Assembly: GCA_024679065.1 (NCBI GenBank)
Contig: JAGIQG010000014.1
Location: 6,386,001 to 6,450,000, forward strand
Reading direction: 5' to 3'
Source: Sphyrna mokarran
Taxonomy: Eukaryota
DNA: 64,000 bases
Made by a program: the position numbers and the translations under genes. The notes under the pieces are model-generated. The model searched no databases, was not told the DNA's origin, and was given only the letters and a program-made list of their open reading frames with translations. This document shows positions 8,382 through 20,834 of the stretch, one piece after another. Position 1 is the first letter of the stretch; each line of letters opens with the position of its first letter.

Positions 8382-11372
8382 CTCTATGGGTGGAGTTGAG
8401 GAATAGGAAGGGAGTGGTTACTCTGTTGGGCGTTTACTACAGACCGCCCAACAGCCCGCGGGCCGTGGAAGAAGGGATATGCAGCGACATTCTAGATAAG
8501 TGTAGGAAAAATAGGGTAGTAGTAGTAGGAGATTTCAATTTTCCTGGAGTAGATTGGAGAGAGCCCAGAGCTGTAGGAGTGGACGGGGAGGAATTTGTAC
8601 AGTGTGTTTTGGAAGGGTCCTTGGAGCAGTATGTGGATGGCCCGACTAGAGAGGGGGCTATAATGGATTTGGTTCTGGGGAATGAGCCAGGGCAGGTGGT
8701 TGACATCGAGGTAGGAGAGCATGTGTCAAATAGTGATCACAACTCTGTCTGCTTTAGGATATTAATGGAAAAGGACGAGACCTGCCCAAAAGGGAAGGTA
8801 TTTAACTGGGGGAGGGCTAGATACAGCCAGATTAGGCAAGATCTTAAAGATACTGACTGGGATAAGCTTTTCGAGGGCAGGTCGACGAGGTACATGTGGG
8901 AGTCTTTCAAGGAAAAACTAAACTCTCTGCAGGAAAGATACGTGCCGGCAAGGAGGAAGGATGGGAAAGGTAGGATTAGAGAACTGTGGCTTACCAGGGA
9001 TATTGAGGACTTGATCAGGAAGAAGCGAGAGGCTTACATTTGATCTAGGCAACTGGGGACTGAGACAGCGCTGGAAGATTATAGAGAGTGTAGACGGGAT
9101 CTTAAAAGGGGTGTTAGAAAAGCAAAAAGGGGCCACGAAGTGGCTCTGGCAGGTAGGATTAAAGAAAATCCTAAGGCATTTTACTCCTATGTAAGGAGCA
9201 AAAGGATGGTTAGAGGCAAGATTGGACCTCTCAGGGACAGAGGAGGGAATCTATGCTTAGAGCCTGAGGGAATGGGGGAGATCCTGAATGAATACTTTGC
9301 GTCGGTTTTCACGCAGGAGACTGGACAGATGTCTGTGCCTGATGTTGACAAAGTTGAGGATCGGTTGAGGGAAATAAGGATTACGAGGAAAGAGGTGTTG
9401 GGGCTGTTAGGCAGCTTAAAGACATATAAAGCTCCGGGGCCTGATGGCATTTACCCCAGGCTGCTAAGGGAGGTGAGGGAAGACCTAGCTGGGCCTCTGA
9501 CGCAAATCTTTGTCTCTTCCTTGGACACAGGCGAGGTCCCAGAGGACTGGAGGATAGCAAATGTAGTACCGTTGTTTAAAAAAGGTCAGAGGGATAACCC
9601 AGGGAAGTATAGGCCGGTGAGCTTGACTTCAGTTATAGGTAAGCTAATGGAGAGGATCCTTAGGGACAGGATGTATGAGCATCTGGAGCGCTGCGATCTG
9701 ATCAGGGATACGCAGCATGGCTTCGTCAAGGGGAAGTCTTGTCTTACGAATCTGGTGGAATTTTTTGAAGAAGTGACAAAAACAGTGGATGAAGGACAGG
9801 CTGTTGATGTCGTCTACATGGATTTCAGTAAGGCGTTTGACAAGGTTCCTCATGGTAGACTGATAGAGAAGGTGAAGGCGCATGGGATACAGGGTCGGGT
9901 ATGTAGATGGGTCGAGAACTGACTTGGGAGGAGGAGACAGAGGGTAGTAGTGGAAGGCTCTTTTTCCGGCTGGAAGCCTGTCACTATTGGAGTGCCACAA
10001 GGCTCAGTACTAGGTCCTCTTCTATTTGTGGTCTACATAAACGACTTGGAAGTAGGGGTAGGTGGTGAGATCAGCAAATTTGCTGATGACACCAAGATGC
10101 TTGGATGTGGCGGGTACAGAGGAGCAGGCCAAAGCAATACAACGGACATAGATAGGTGGGTAGACTGGGCAGATAGATGGCAAATGGAATTTAATCCAGA
10201 TAAATGCGAGGTGATGCATTTTGGCCGGAAAAATGTAGAAGAGAGTTATAGGATAAAAGGTAAAACTATTCGAAGTATAGAGACGCAGAGAGACTTGGGG
10301 GTGCAGGTTCACATGTCTTTGAAGGTGTCTTCACAGGTGGAGAAGGTGATAAAGAAAGCGTATAGTATGTTAGCTTTCATTGAAAAGGGTATAGAATACA
10401 AGTGTAGGAGTTTGATGTTGCAATTGTATAGAACGTTGGTTAGGCCTCATTTGGAATACTGCGTCCAGTTCTGGTCGCCGTACTATCGGAAGGATGTGTA
10501 GTCCTTGGAGAGAGTGCAGAGGAGGTTTACCAGGATGCTGCCTGGTATGGAAGGACTGTCTTATGAGGAACGATTAAATAGACTGGGGTTGTTTTCCCTT
10601 AAAAGACGTCGGCTTAGAGGGGATCTAATAGAGGTGTATAAGATTATAAGGGGTATAGATAGAGTAAATGGTGGTAAACTTTTTCCATCTTCAGAAATGG
10701 ATAGGACGAGGGGTCATGGCCTTAGGGTGAGGGGTGCTATGTATAAGACGAATATTAGAGGGCAGTTTTTCACACAAAGGGTAGTGGGGGTGTGGAATGC
10801 ACTGCCGAGTAAGGTGGTGGGAGCAGGCACGCTAGGGCTGTTTAAAGGTCTCTTGGACAGCCACATGAGTGGTATGCAGATAGAGGGATATAGTAGGACT
10901 GTTTAACTATGGCTTTTTTTCCACAGGTAATTCGGTCCATACTTGACCATCAAGGAGCATGCATTTGGCAGGTGGTGCGAGGACAGCTCTTGGATGTTGA
11001 TTCATGGGTTGCCTGGTGCTTCATGTCGTAAATTAGTGCTTTATCTGGACCATCTGAAGGGCACCATGACAGCTCAGTGACTATCGCTGTAGCTGTGCAG
11101 ACACTTGGAATTGGGCCGGTCTCTGCGGGAGTTTGCGCGTTCTCCCTGTGGTTGCGTGGGTTTTCTCCGGGCGCTCCGGTTTCCTCCCACATCCCAAAAA
11201 TTCGCTCTTAGGCTGATTGGGAAACAAATTGTCCCTACATTGAGACTCTTCCATAGTAGGAATAACCTATAATTAGGATAGGATAATGGAATTGTTACTA
11301 TATAGTTACGACGGCGGCGCGGGCTCGTTGGACCGAAGGGCCTGTTTCCCGTGCTGTGTTGCTCTAAAAAAA
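8382..11372 (+). mobile_element. 5'-truncated CR1-clade (HER1-like) LINE: ORF2 (APE endonuclease C-terminal part plus RT, to 10906) and a long V-SINE-containing 3' UTR; TSD AGATGT
   Basis: YYRPP, GDFN, SDH, KAPGPDG, GVPQGSVLGP, FADD and WNALP lie in one frame with in-frame stops at 9041, 9920 and 10499. AGATGT is at 8376-8381 and 11373-11378, with single-copy empty sites at 48777 and 63712. Confidence 0.93.
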
Positions 11373-11896
11373 AGATGTGAAACGTGTGTGAAAAAATAAC
11401 AATACTTTTGAGCTATGTAGCCAACAACGCTGCAGTGGCGTAAAATATTTTGCAGCTACAATCCCATATTTTTGATTGTGTGGAGGTAATAATGTTTGGA
11501 ATTTATTACAAATTTTGTGGTTTACAGTGTGAAAGTTGGTACTGGTCAGAGCCTTGATGATGCCATGGAGACGGGAGGAATCTATCCAGATTTAGAGGAG
11601 ACTGAACTGTGAATTGTTCATCCCATGTTCCAATCTCTTTTTGACTTGAAACTGCAACGCTGCAATAAATCCAGCTCTGTAAGTGTCCAGCCCTTGAACT
11701 GTTGAAATAATATGTTTTTTTTCGTTTTCCATTCATCGGTGGAATGTATTGCACTCAGGCCTGGAACAAGCAAATTTAAAACTTTTGTCAAGAGTTTTGA
11801 ATATCAGGTGGCCCGCTCGTGCATAGGTCGTTTTGACTTTGAAAATGAGCTTTGTTAATATGAAAGAAGTCTTTTCAAACAAACCAAATTAAAACG

Positions 11897-12045
11897 AACA
11901 ACAAGAAATGAGAACAAAACAGCACAGGAAACAGGCCCTTCGGCCCAACAAGCCCGCGCCGCCACCCGATGTTCCCACCTCTACCCGCGATCCCTGTCCA
12001 TGTTTATAGATCTATGGATTAAAAACCAAATTTGAGACAATTTAG
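11897..12045 (-). mobile_element. 3' tail remnant of the composite V-SINE-like element (rest deleted); duplicate at 23214-23362
   Basis: Same insertion site and sequence as 49302-49765, joined to hAT sequence at tttag|tattg. Confidence 0.75.
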
Positions 12046-12611
12046 TATTGTCATGCGTGTTCAAAATAATTACAACTCAATGGAAGCAGAGGTAAACTAA
12101 CGTTAGCAAAAATAAAATCATGACTTTTGGATGATGAAAAGCTCGCAAGACACAGGAAGTCAGTTTTTTGATGAAACTAGAAACAATGGCACCTTTTTCA
12201 GAACGGAAATAAAAGATCATCATTGAGACTATCAATGTTACTTGTGACCAAAGAATAATGAAATTGCAGAATAGAATGAACCCCTGAAGAAAACTGTAGA
12301 CTTATCTTTGTGCATTTCGACTGATGTTGGATGAGAATACCAAAGGCTACTGAAGTGAGACCGCAGTATAGAATATTCTTCCTGGCATCCTCAGATGAAG
12401 TAAGTGTCGATTTCAATTCAGCAATTGCAGGCATGATTTTTGGAAGTAACTAAAAAAGCATGAAAGCAGTTCATCAGAAATAAACTTGCATACTATTGTG
12501 AACTGTGCTTTTCTGTCCTCTGGATGATGGAGGACGGGGCATGACGTCATTGGCATGATGGGCATGATGTAATTGAGGCGGGGTTGGAGGCTGATATCAA
12601 GGTGAGTAATC

Positions 12612-12870
12612 CTTTTTATTCAGTTATGGGATGGGGACACCGCTGGTAGAAGTCATAATTCACTATTAATCCCAAATCGTCTTTAAGAGAGCAGGTAGAG
12701 TCAAATAGGTTGCTGTATACCTGGACTGGCATGCAGACGACAGTAGGTGAGGATGGAATGTTTCCTTCCCCATTGGCGTAAGTGAAACCGACAAGTATTT
12801 ATGAAAATTCATTCATGGTGACCACAGGATTTTTGTAAATGATGATTTGTAATTCTGCACCCTGATGACA
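12612..12870 (-). mobile_element. Old SacSINE1/DeuSINE-like SINE (paralogues ~23929-24187, 37097-37355, 50512-50770)
   Basis: atgggatggggacaccgctgg..agagtcaa..ggtgaggatggaatgtttccttccc..agtgaaacc..ttcatggt resembles the reverse strand of the common shark DeuSINE. Recognised from memory, not by search. Confidence 0.55.
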
Positions 12871-13424
12871 ATTCACACCCGGAACTCCACAATATACATT
12901 TTATATTAGAATTTTACAATTGGGTTTCAATGCTTCGAAGCCAACTACCTTTGCTGCCTCAACAAAGGTCACAGAATCAATACACAGATCAAATTCTCAG
13001 ACACACAGATACTCAGAAGATCCAGTCTGGTCAGGATTTTCTCAATGTCATTTAGGAAAACTATGCTGGTGAGTTGATGCAATCGCCAGAATGCCAGACA
13101 ACTGATTTCATCTCAAATCAGCGGCGCACAAAAGAAATGTTTCAAGGGAACTTTTCAAGTTATCATCCAAGACAACAAAAATTTGCACAAATTAAATACT
13201 GGCCAAGTGATCAGAGGAGACTTCTGCAAAAGCAATTTCAATGGGTGAAATATCGTGTCCACACGGCAAGAAACTATTTTCATCGCTTATTGATTGACTG
13301 AGATCTCAAATAGGTAAAATATATCAACGCATATATCTGAAATTTTCTTTGCAGCTCGGTTGCATTGAGGTCAATCGCCAGCAGTAGAGTGATGCAACGT
13401 GTCCATCAAGCTGTGTCAAGCTCT

Positions 13425-13860
13425 CGGTCCGCCTTGTATAACAGAGGGAATACACGCGATGTGCCGTGAGAGGGCTGTTCTTGGATTTTTCAAGAGTAGC
13501 CTGTTGCTTCACATTGTTAGTATACGCTTGACCTGGGCCAGTTGATGGGCAACACGACAGCTGACTATTGCTGTGCTGTGCAGATACATGGATTTGGGCC
13601 CGTGTCTGTGGGAGTGTACGCATTTTCCCCGTGCTTGCGTGGGTTTTCTCCGGGTGCTCCCAAAGATCCCAAAGATGTGTTCTTAGGCTGATTGGCAGAA
13701 CAAATTCTCCTAAATTGTCTCAAATTTGGTTCTAATGCATAGATGTATAAAAATTGACAGGGATCATGGGTAGAAGTTGGAACATCGAGGTTGCAGAGCG
13801 GGCTCGTTGGGCCAAGGGCCTGTTTCCCGTGCTGTTTCGTGTTTTGTTCTTTGTTCTTTG
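13425..13860 (+). mobile_element. Composite V-SINE-like element (intron copy), 5' end lost in the exon-1 deletion; duplicate at 24742-25177
   Basis: V-domain gtctgtgggagtgtacgcattttccccgtgcttgcgtgggttttctccgggtgctcc plus CR1-type tail gggccaagggcctgtttcccgtgctgt. Confidence 0.8.
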
Positions 13861-14599
13861 TCACTCACTGCTCACTGATTCAGCAAACTGATTGCGAGCA
13901 GGTCATTTTTGCAATGTCTTTTCTCTGCCGAGATAAATTATTGAATATCAGTGAGCGTCTCAACAGTTGGCATGGCGTGTGAGCCGCGGTTCAGCTCAGA
14001 AGAATGTGACACCTGAAGTTTAAATTCCCTCCCAACATTAACGGAGATTAGGCTGAAACTCTTCCCTTCCGACAGTTCATAGATCTGTATGCGAATTATT
14101 TGCAGTGACAATCTGTATTCTTACTTCTTTAAGATGACAATACCTCGAAATGCGGCCTCTCCGGAAAGCAACAATCACTGGAGTGTATTTCAAGGAAAAC
14201 GAAAACCTGTTCAGGAGGCTGCTGCTCTCCTCAGGGTTGCAAATCAGTTCTGTTGTTTCCCTTTCTGTGCCCGACAGCTCCCTTCCGCTGATGATAAACG
14301 TTAGAATCCCACCTTTTCGAATTAATTTCAATAGCTATTTTCTCATCTTACTGATTTATTTGAAAGACTATTATTATCTACATAACGAGTGAATATTACG
14401 CTTACCGCCCCGATATTGGACGCAGCTCTTGAAAGTAAACTTAAGACGCTAAGTTCAACGGATTGCCTCACCGTGCCGCCGCGATCACTTATACAATTGG
14501 TGGGTGCATCACCTGACACAAACCTCGTGGTGGATGGATTGAGTTGTCAAAGCTGCAGCGCAGCAAATTACTATATAGAAATGAATCATTTGTTTGGTC

Positions 14600-15720
14600 G
14601 CATTCATTTTATTTATTTGTGTGATGTGGGCATCCATGTCCTTTATTTTTCATTTTTCGCTGCTCTTCGGATACGGGTGGTGAGTTGCTTTCCTGATTCG
14701 CTGCTTTCGAAGTTGTAAGTGCACCCACGGTGCTGGTAGAGCAAAAGAGAGTTCCAAGATTTTGACACAATTACAGTGAAGGAACAGCGATATATTTTGC
14801 ACTCTGTTCGTTCAGTGACTTTGTGATAACATTAAGATGGCGGTGTTCCAGATATCTGCTGCCCGTTACTTTTTAGATGATAGTGGTGGAGTGTTTGTTA
14901 TAATGCTGTGTAATGTGCCTGGTGAGTTCCTTAAGTGCTGCTCACGGCTGCTATAGAGCGTCTGCGGTAGCGGTAGTTAACATTTTGTGGGCCTGTTAGC
15001 AATCCGACTGCCTGCTTTGTCCTTCATTGTCTAGAACATCTTGAGGGTCTTTGGAGCTGCCTTCGGGCAGGTAAGTGGAGAGTATTCCATCACTCCATCA
15101 ACTTATAAACAGTGCATAGGATTTTGGGAGACAAGAGGTCTGTTATTCATATTCGCAGCATTCCAAACCGCTGATCTGCTTTTGTGGACATTATTTATTT
15201 GCTAAAATTAGCCAAATAAAGCGCATGCTAAAATCTGAAATAAAAGTAGGGAATGCTAGAAAAAGCGCCGACTATTTTCCTCCCGACTGAAGCTGTCAGC
15301 CGTGCTGAGATTTTCTCAACTTTTTTTTTCATAGGGCTCGCACAGTTCAGGTATTGTTTATGGTTGATACTAATAGTTGCGGACTCAATGATGGTATCGA
15401 ATGTCAAGGGGAAGTGGTTAGATTATGTATTGGTGTAAGCGGCCATTCCCTGAGATTTGCGTGACACAGCCATTATTCCCACTCGTGAGCCCAATCTGGA
15501 TTTTGTCCAGATCTTCCTGCATTTAGACACGGGCTGCTTCGGTATCTGAAGATTCACATGTGATACATTGTGTAGCCATCAATGATCATTCTCAATTATG
15601 ACGTTATATTGGAGTAATATAGAAGAAGATGAAGACGTTTGGGACGAGGACACTCACTGAGGAAATGACAAAATGTACAATTTATTGAGCAAACCGGAAT
15701 TTCCTTCCTGAGGATTTCCC
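14600..15720 (-). mobile_element. Old antisense CR1-like LINE remnant in the GPCR intron, with a short palindromic shark repeat at ~15200-15330 (paralogues ~25917-27037, 40010-41120, 53420-54530, 1-130)
   Basis: gatgtgggcatc..ggtggtgagttgc..gagttccaagattttgac..cagtgaaggaacagcgatatatt..ggcaggtaagtggagagtattccatcac resembles an abundant elasmobranch LINE 3' region. Boundaries are approximate. Confidence 0.5.
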
Positions 15721-16187
15721 TTAGGGCACGCGGCATGAAGTTTGATTTCGACTTAGGGTGAATCGAGTCTCGGGCGAGTGGCAGGGGTGATGCTAAATGT
15801 AATTAAATCGATATAGATGCGAGGAAGCTGATCCCAGATCACCCGGTTTATACAAGTCTCCGAAATCATAACTGATGCCATTTAAGACTCGGGTTCTTTA
15901 GTTGTCGATGGTGCTGAGGAGAGCTTTCCATTAACATTCTGTAGACTGAATCTCGCGACCCTCCCCTCAACATGTAGAAAAGATTATACGTCTGTGACTG
16001 CGACTGGGAGAACATCGCAGGTGCTTAAATATTGATATTTCAATGCATATATCACCTCTGCTGTCTTGTGCAATAGACTGAGTCCATGTGTATAACTGAG
16101 CAAAAGTGCATCCAAACATTTCACGAAAGTATACTGAGTGTAACCAAACTGTTTCCATGACTTGGTTTTTCTCCTTTGTTTTTATAG

Positions 16188-17116
16188 CGAATCTCGTGAC
16201 CATCGTGATCCTCGCCAAAGGAAATTGCGGCCTTTCCAGATGTGTCTTTATCTACATGGTGGCCATGGCAACAGCAGATTTGTTAGTAATGCTTATCAAT
16301 GTAATTTTATATAACGTTTTGACAAAACGTTTTCCAAATTCATTCCTCTACTACACTGTTGTTTGCAAATTAATTATATATATGCTTTGCAATAACTTCT
16401 ATATGTCAGTATGGTTTACAGTTTCATTCACGTTTGACCGATATATTGCTATATGTAGTCAGAAGTTTAAAACAATCTATTGCACCGCGAGAACGGCGGC
16501 TGCAGTTTTAACAACATCCTCAGTCCTTATTTATTTGCAGAACGTGTACGTTTGGTTTGCATATGAACATGGAAGCACAAGAAATGGTGTTCAATGGGGT
16601 GTCATCCCTAGGCAGGATTTTTATACTTCTCAAATTCGTGATGCATTTGTCTTGTTACAAAGCATCTTATTGAACTGGATTCCGTTCATTTTGATATTAC
16701 TGTTTAATTTTTTGACAGTCAGAAGGATTTTGTTGTCCAGCAAAGCTCGTGCCGGCCTGCGGGGTTAAAACAGTGAGAATCAGAATGATCCAGAGATACA
16801 GAACCGAAGGAAGTCCATTATTTTATTATTCACTATTTCTAGTAGCTTTATATTGTTGTGGGCGACAAGAGTCATTAGTTATCTAGCCAGTCGGATGCTT
16901 GTTTATATCCGGCCGGATTATACATCTGCTGCAAATATCGCCACCGAAACCGGAACACTGCTCATTCATTTAAGTTCATGCAAGAACACGTGCATTTACG
17001 CAGCTACACAAGCTAAATTCAGGGAAGAGCTGAAGAAGGTCGTGAAATTTCCTTGGACCATAATTCTGATGTTGCAAAAATATGCGAAATTAAACCTAGT
17101 CTTCCTGTTCAGGTAG
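16188..17116 (+). pseudogene. gpr139-like: GPR139-like GPCR pseudogene, copy 2
   Basis: Acceptor at 16186-16187. CAA>TAA nonsense at 16766-16768 in ICL3, T>K in TM7 (SSCKN), and exon 1 with its promoter deleted at junction 13424|13425. Confidence 0.9.
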
Positions 17117-17344
17117 TAGCGAAGTACATGTTTGAATGCCGGCCTTCCTGCTACAAAAATATAACGTGTTTCTTTAAATAAGGGACTTTAGAAGGACTGG
17201 GCCATGCTTTGTTGTATCTTCTGATGCCTACTGCTATTCGTCAGTAAGTTTTGGTGTTTCCTTCTGTAGCGGCTTACTCCAATCAGTGTGCAATCAGGGA
17301 AAATACGAATGTTATCATTCAACAGTGGAGTAAAATGGGTTCGC

Positions 17345-20300
17345 ATCAGTCCTAACTACTGTACAGTATATGCAAAATCTTCCACCGCATGTTCTACGAT
17401 ACATCGCAGATACTGCCTTGCAGCGCATCTATTGCCTTACATTCTAAGTGCTATCTTAAACTATAGGAACTGCGTTGCACCGTAGCTACTGTCTACACCG
17501 CAGATACTGACTACACTACAGGTGCAACATTACACAGTACGTATTGCTCACACCACAGGGGCTATCTTATACTTTCTCCGCAGGCTCACCGCAGACACAC
17601 CCTTAAACCTGATGAACCACCTTCCAGCACAGGTGATTTATTGCATGAGATGAATCGTCCTGCACTGCAGGCACTATCTTGAATCACACTACTGCTTTAT
17701 GCTGCGACTTCTGCCTGATACCGCAGCACTACCTTACACGTCACTGCCTTACATCGCAGGCAATGCATACACCACAGTTTCTCCCTTAAACCACAGTGGC
17801 GGCCTTGTACCACGGACTGCCGTACAACACAGGTACCACATTTCACCGCAGGTATTACCTTGAACCGCGGACTCTGCATTACACCACAGATGCGGCCTTG
17901 CACCAAAGATAATGTTTCACACTTGTACCTGTTTCACACAACAGGTACAACATGTACAGCGCAGGCAACTGCTTACCCAGCAGCTTGTGCCGGAAACCGT
18001 ACTACATTACATTTCAAACTCTGTCTCACACCACAGCTTTTGTCATACGCACAGGCTATCCAAAGCAGCACAGCTACTGCCATTCCTCTCATGTTCTTCC
18101 TTATACAACGAATGTGTCTTACACCGATTGTTTTGCCTTACACCGCAGGTACGACCTTGAACCACTGATACCGCAAAGTACAACAGTTTTTACACCGAGG
18201 CTACTACCTTGCAAAAAACGATACCGCCTTACGCCTGGAATTTTATTGCACAACAGATACTGCCTTGCACTACAGCTAATGATTTGCACAACAGGTGTTG
18301 CAGCTACTGCCTTATGCCACAGGTTCTGCCTTACACTGCAGGTACTCACTGACTCTAAAGGAACTAACTCACACTGCATGCGTTGCTTAAATCCGCAGTG
18401 TCTATGTAAACCATAGGTACTACCCTGAACTTCAGAAGCTGCAGTTACACAACAGGATCTAAACTGAAGCTACTTTCTTAAACCATACATATCACCTTTC
18501 ATTTTAGGTGCTGCGGTCTACCACAAATATTTTTGATTTACTCTCCACTACAGCAATGGCATGCCTTCCACCATAAGTATGCCTTCAGCGTAGTGGCTGC
18601 CTTCATTGTAAGTACTGCCCTCCACCAAACATGTACTACTTCATACCGCAAGTACTACCTTTCAAAGCGTATATTGTCTTTACTCCAGGAACTGCATTAC
18701 AGTGCAAGAACGACACCAATGATACTACCTTGCACCGCGGGGAATGACTTCATCTCAGACACTTCCTTACACAAGGGTACTGTCGTCACCAGCACACAGG
18801 TACTGTGGAGGCCTTACTCCACAGCTTTTTCCTTTCACGACAATTACTTCCATAGGCTGCAGGTACTTTCTTCACTACGGGAATTGGTTTGCAGCACAGT
18901 TATTGCCTTACACCTCAGTTGCTTTCTATACCACAGCTGATGTTTTAAACCACAGATGTTTCCTTACATCATAAACGCTGTCTTACGCTGAATCTACTTC
19001 CTTACAACATAGCTACTGCTTTACACCATAGGTAATGCCCTGCACTGCAAGCACAACATAGCTCCACAGCTACTGCCTTTCACCATAGATACTCCCTTAC
19101 AAAGCGGTTACTGTCTTATACCGCAGCTGCTACCTTAAACCACAAGTTTTGTGTTCTGCTACCGATACACTTTGCACCTCAAGGAACGTTTAATAATGCA
19201 TAAGAGACGCTATTGTGCTTTAAAAAATGCAATTTAATCATGTTCTCTGCAGTAATAAGCTGGCATTGAGCCGCCTCCTAAATGTCATTTAATTGTTCCT
19301 TAAGTTATTAAATTGTTTATTTATTTATTTTCAATCTAGGCCTAATGCATTCTCATGGAGGTTATGGCAATTTTGGAATTATTGGGGGCAGATTTTTGAC
19401 AGGATAAGCGGAAGAGTTTTATTTTTTCCTCGCAGGAATTCTTTCACTTTCTGTTTCGCTTGCTGTTTTGTTAGAAATTGTCTGGACTCCAGGCTGGATG
19501 CAGTGTTTTGTCCGTACCTGGTATTAAAAATTCTGCTGGCTAGTGGAAATAGACTTTCGTACTTTTCAGCATGAACATCGTGCTGTTCGTGTTTCATTAG
19601 CTGGAGGAAAGCAGTGGCACTATATCCACCTCGAGTGTGGGAGTCTCCGAATGCAGAAGGCATTATTTCATTTCCCCATCCAAAGGAGTAACAACCACAC
19701 GTGTAGCAGAGCTGAAATATCATTCAGCATTTATATTTTCTGTGTTAAATCGAAATTAGGTGCATATTTTGGTAAGTATGTTGCGTTGGTACGCACATTA
19801 TGCTGTGAAGTTTGACAAATCATGGTTGTTTCTGTTAGTGTTTGCGATTCGTGAAAGTTACTGCTAATTTTCTTTCTGTTAACTGTATTTTGAAATTAAA
19901 TTTGTGTGATAAAAGCTCACCGGTCTGTCGTTTAATTCATATCTGAAGTCATCTCATGGCTATCCGCACCAAATTCAAAATGCAAACATAAGGTTTTGTG
20001 ACTTCATAAAACACATGAAATATCTGACCTGGATTGTACCCAGGCAAGTAGTGCCTTACACCGCAGTTTTTGGGTTACAAAGACAGATGCTGTCTTATGC
20101 ACGAGATACTTGCTTACATCATAGCTTCTGCCTTACACTACTGGAGCTTATGCCAGCGCAGGAAGTGATCGCACCGAAGGTATTGTATTGCACTATACTC
20201 ACATCCTTACACTGCACGCACTGCTTTACACCACAGGTATACCTTGCAAATGCAAATGCTGTCTTCACTGTACAACATTCCTTACAGAGCAGTAACGATG

Positions 20301-20833
20301 TCATATAGATGGTACTGTCTTACACGGTCGGACGATACCTCACCCCATAGACACTGCCTTCACCGGAGGAACTGCCTCGTCTTCAGAAATTGCAGATACT
20401 GCTCTGTTTCAAAGGTTTATATAACTGGTGCCGCCAACTACAGATATGCAGCCTTGCGCCACAGATATATCTAAAACCGCAGGAAGTATCTTACACCACA
20501 TGTTCCATTTTGGACCACAGATACTGCCTTACATCACAGATGCTGCCTTGCACGAAAGTTAATACCTTACACCACAGTTCTGCGTTGCACATCATTTATC
20601 CCCTGAAACTGCTGGGTCAGACTTAAATCACATGTGCTTTAACTGGTTATGCCTTACACCACAGCTACAGCATTGCAGCACAAGTACTACCGAACACTGC
20701 GGTTTCCTCTAAAACTGTAGCAATTGTTTCAGATCTCTGATACTGCTTTATTGTGTGGATTGACTTACACTACAGTTGCTGTGTAACACAGAGTTAGTGC
20801 CTTCCACTACAACTGCCGCTTCGAACACGGGCA
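17345..20833 (+). repeat. 19-bp minisatellite, unit 2 (interrupted ~19190-20040)
   Basis: Same tactgccttacaccacag periodicity as unit 1. Confidence 0.8.
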
Positions 20834-20834
20834 A

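Larger units (their letters stand above)
7700..12480 (+). mobile_element. Decayed hAT (Tip100/ZMYM1-like, DUF4371) transposase, split by an old CR1 fragment, the 3-kb CR1 and a SINE-like tail
   Basis: Frameshifted motifs KWSEIG, CFDYLSEFDKFIQEHF, SILVNS..D, LTILLSYV, GQSLDDA, LFIPCSN, LLSRVLNIRWPARA, FFDE, IETINVTCD follow the order of hAT-Tip100 motifs (LSEFDPFLxEH, SILVDSTPD, GQSYDNA, FIPCxAHSLNL, LSxTRWSARA). Confidence 0.7.

Noticed and set aside
14389-14718. ~100-aa ORF recurring in each intron (..ALESKLKTLSSTDC..)
   Set aside because: Non-ATG start, it runs into an antisense LINE remnant, and recurrence is expected from recent unit duplication.
19379-19600. Minus-strand HAEKYESLFPLASRIF..TASS as a hAT dimerisation domain
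   Set aside because: Weak resemblance with no ERxFS motif; the plus-strand L1-like reading fits the motif spacing better, and neither is confirmed.
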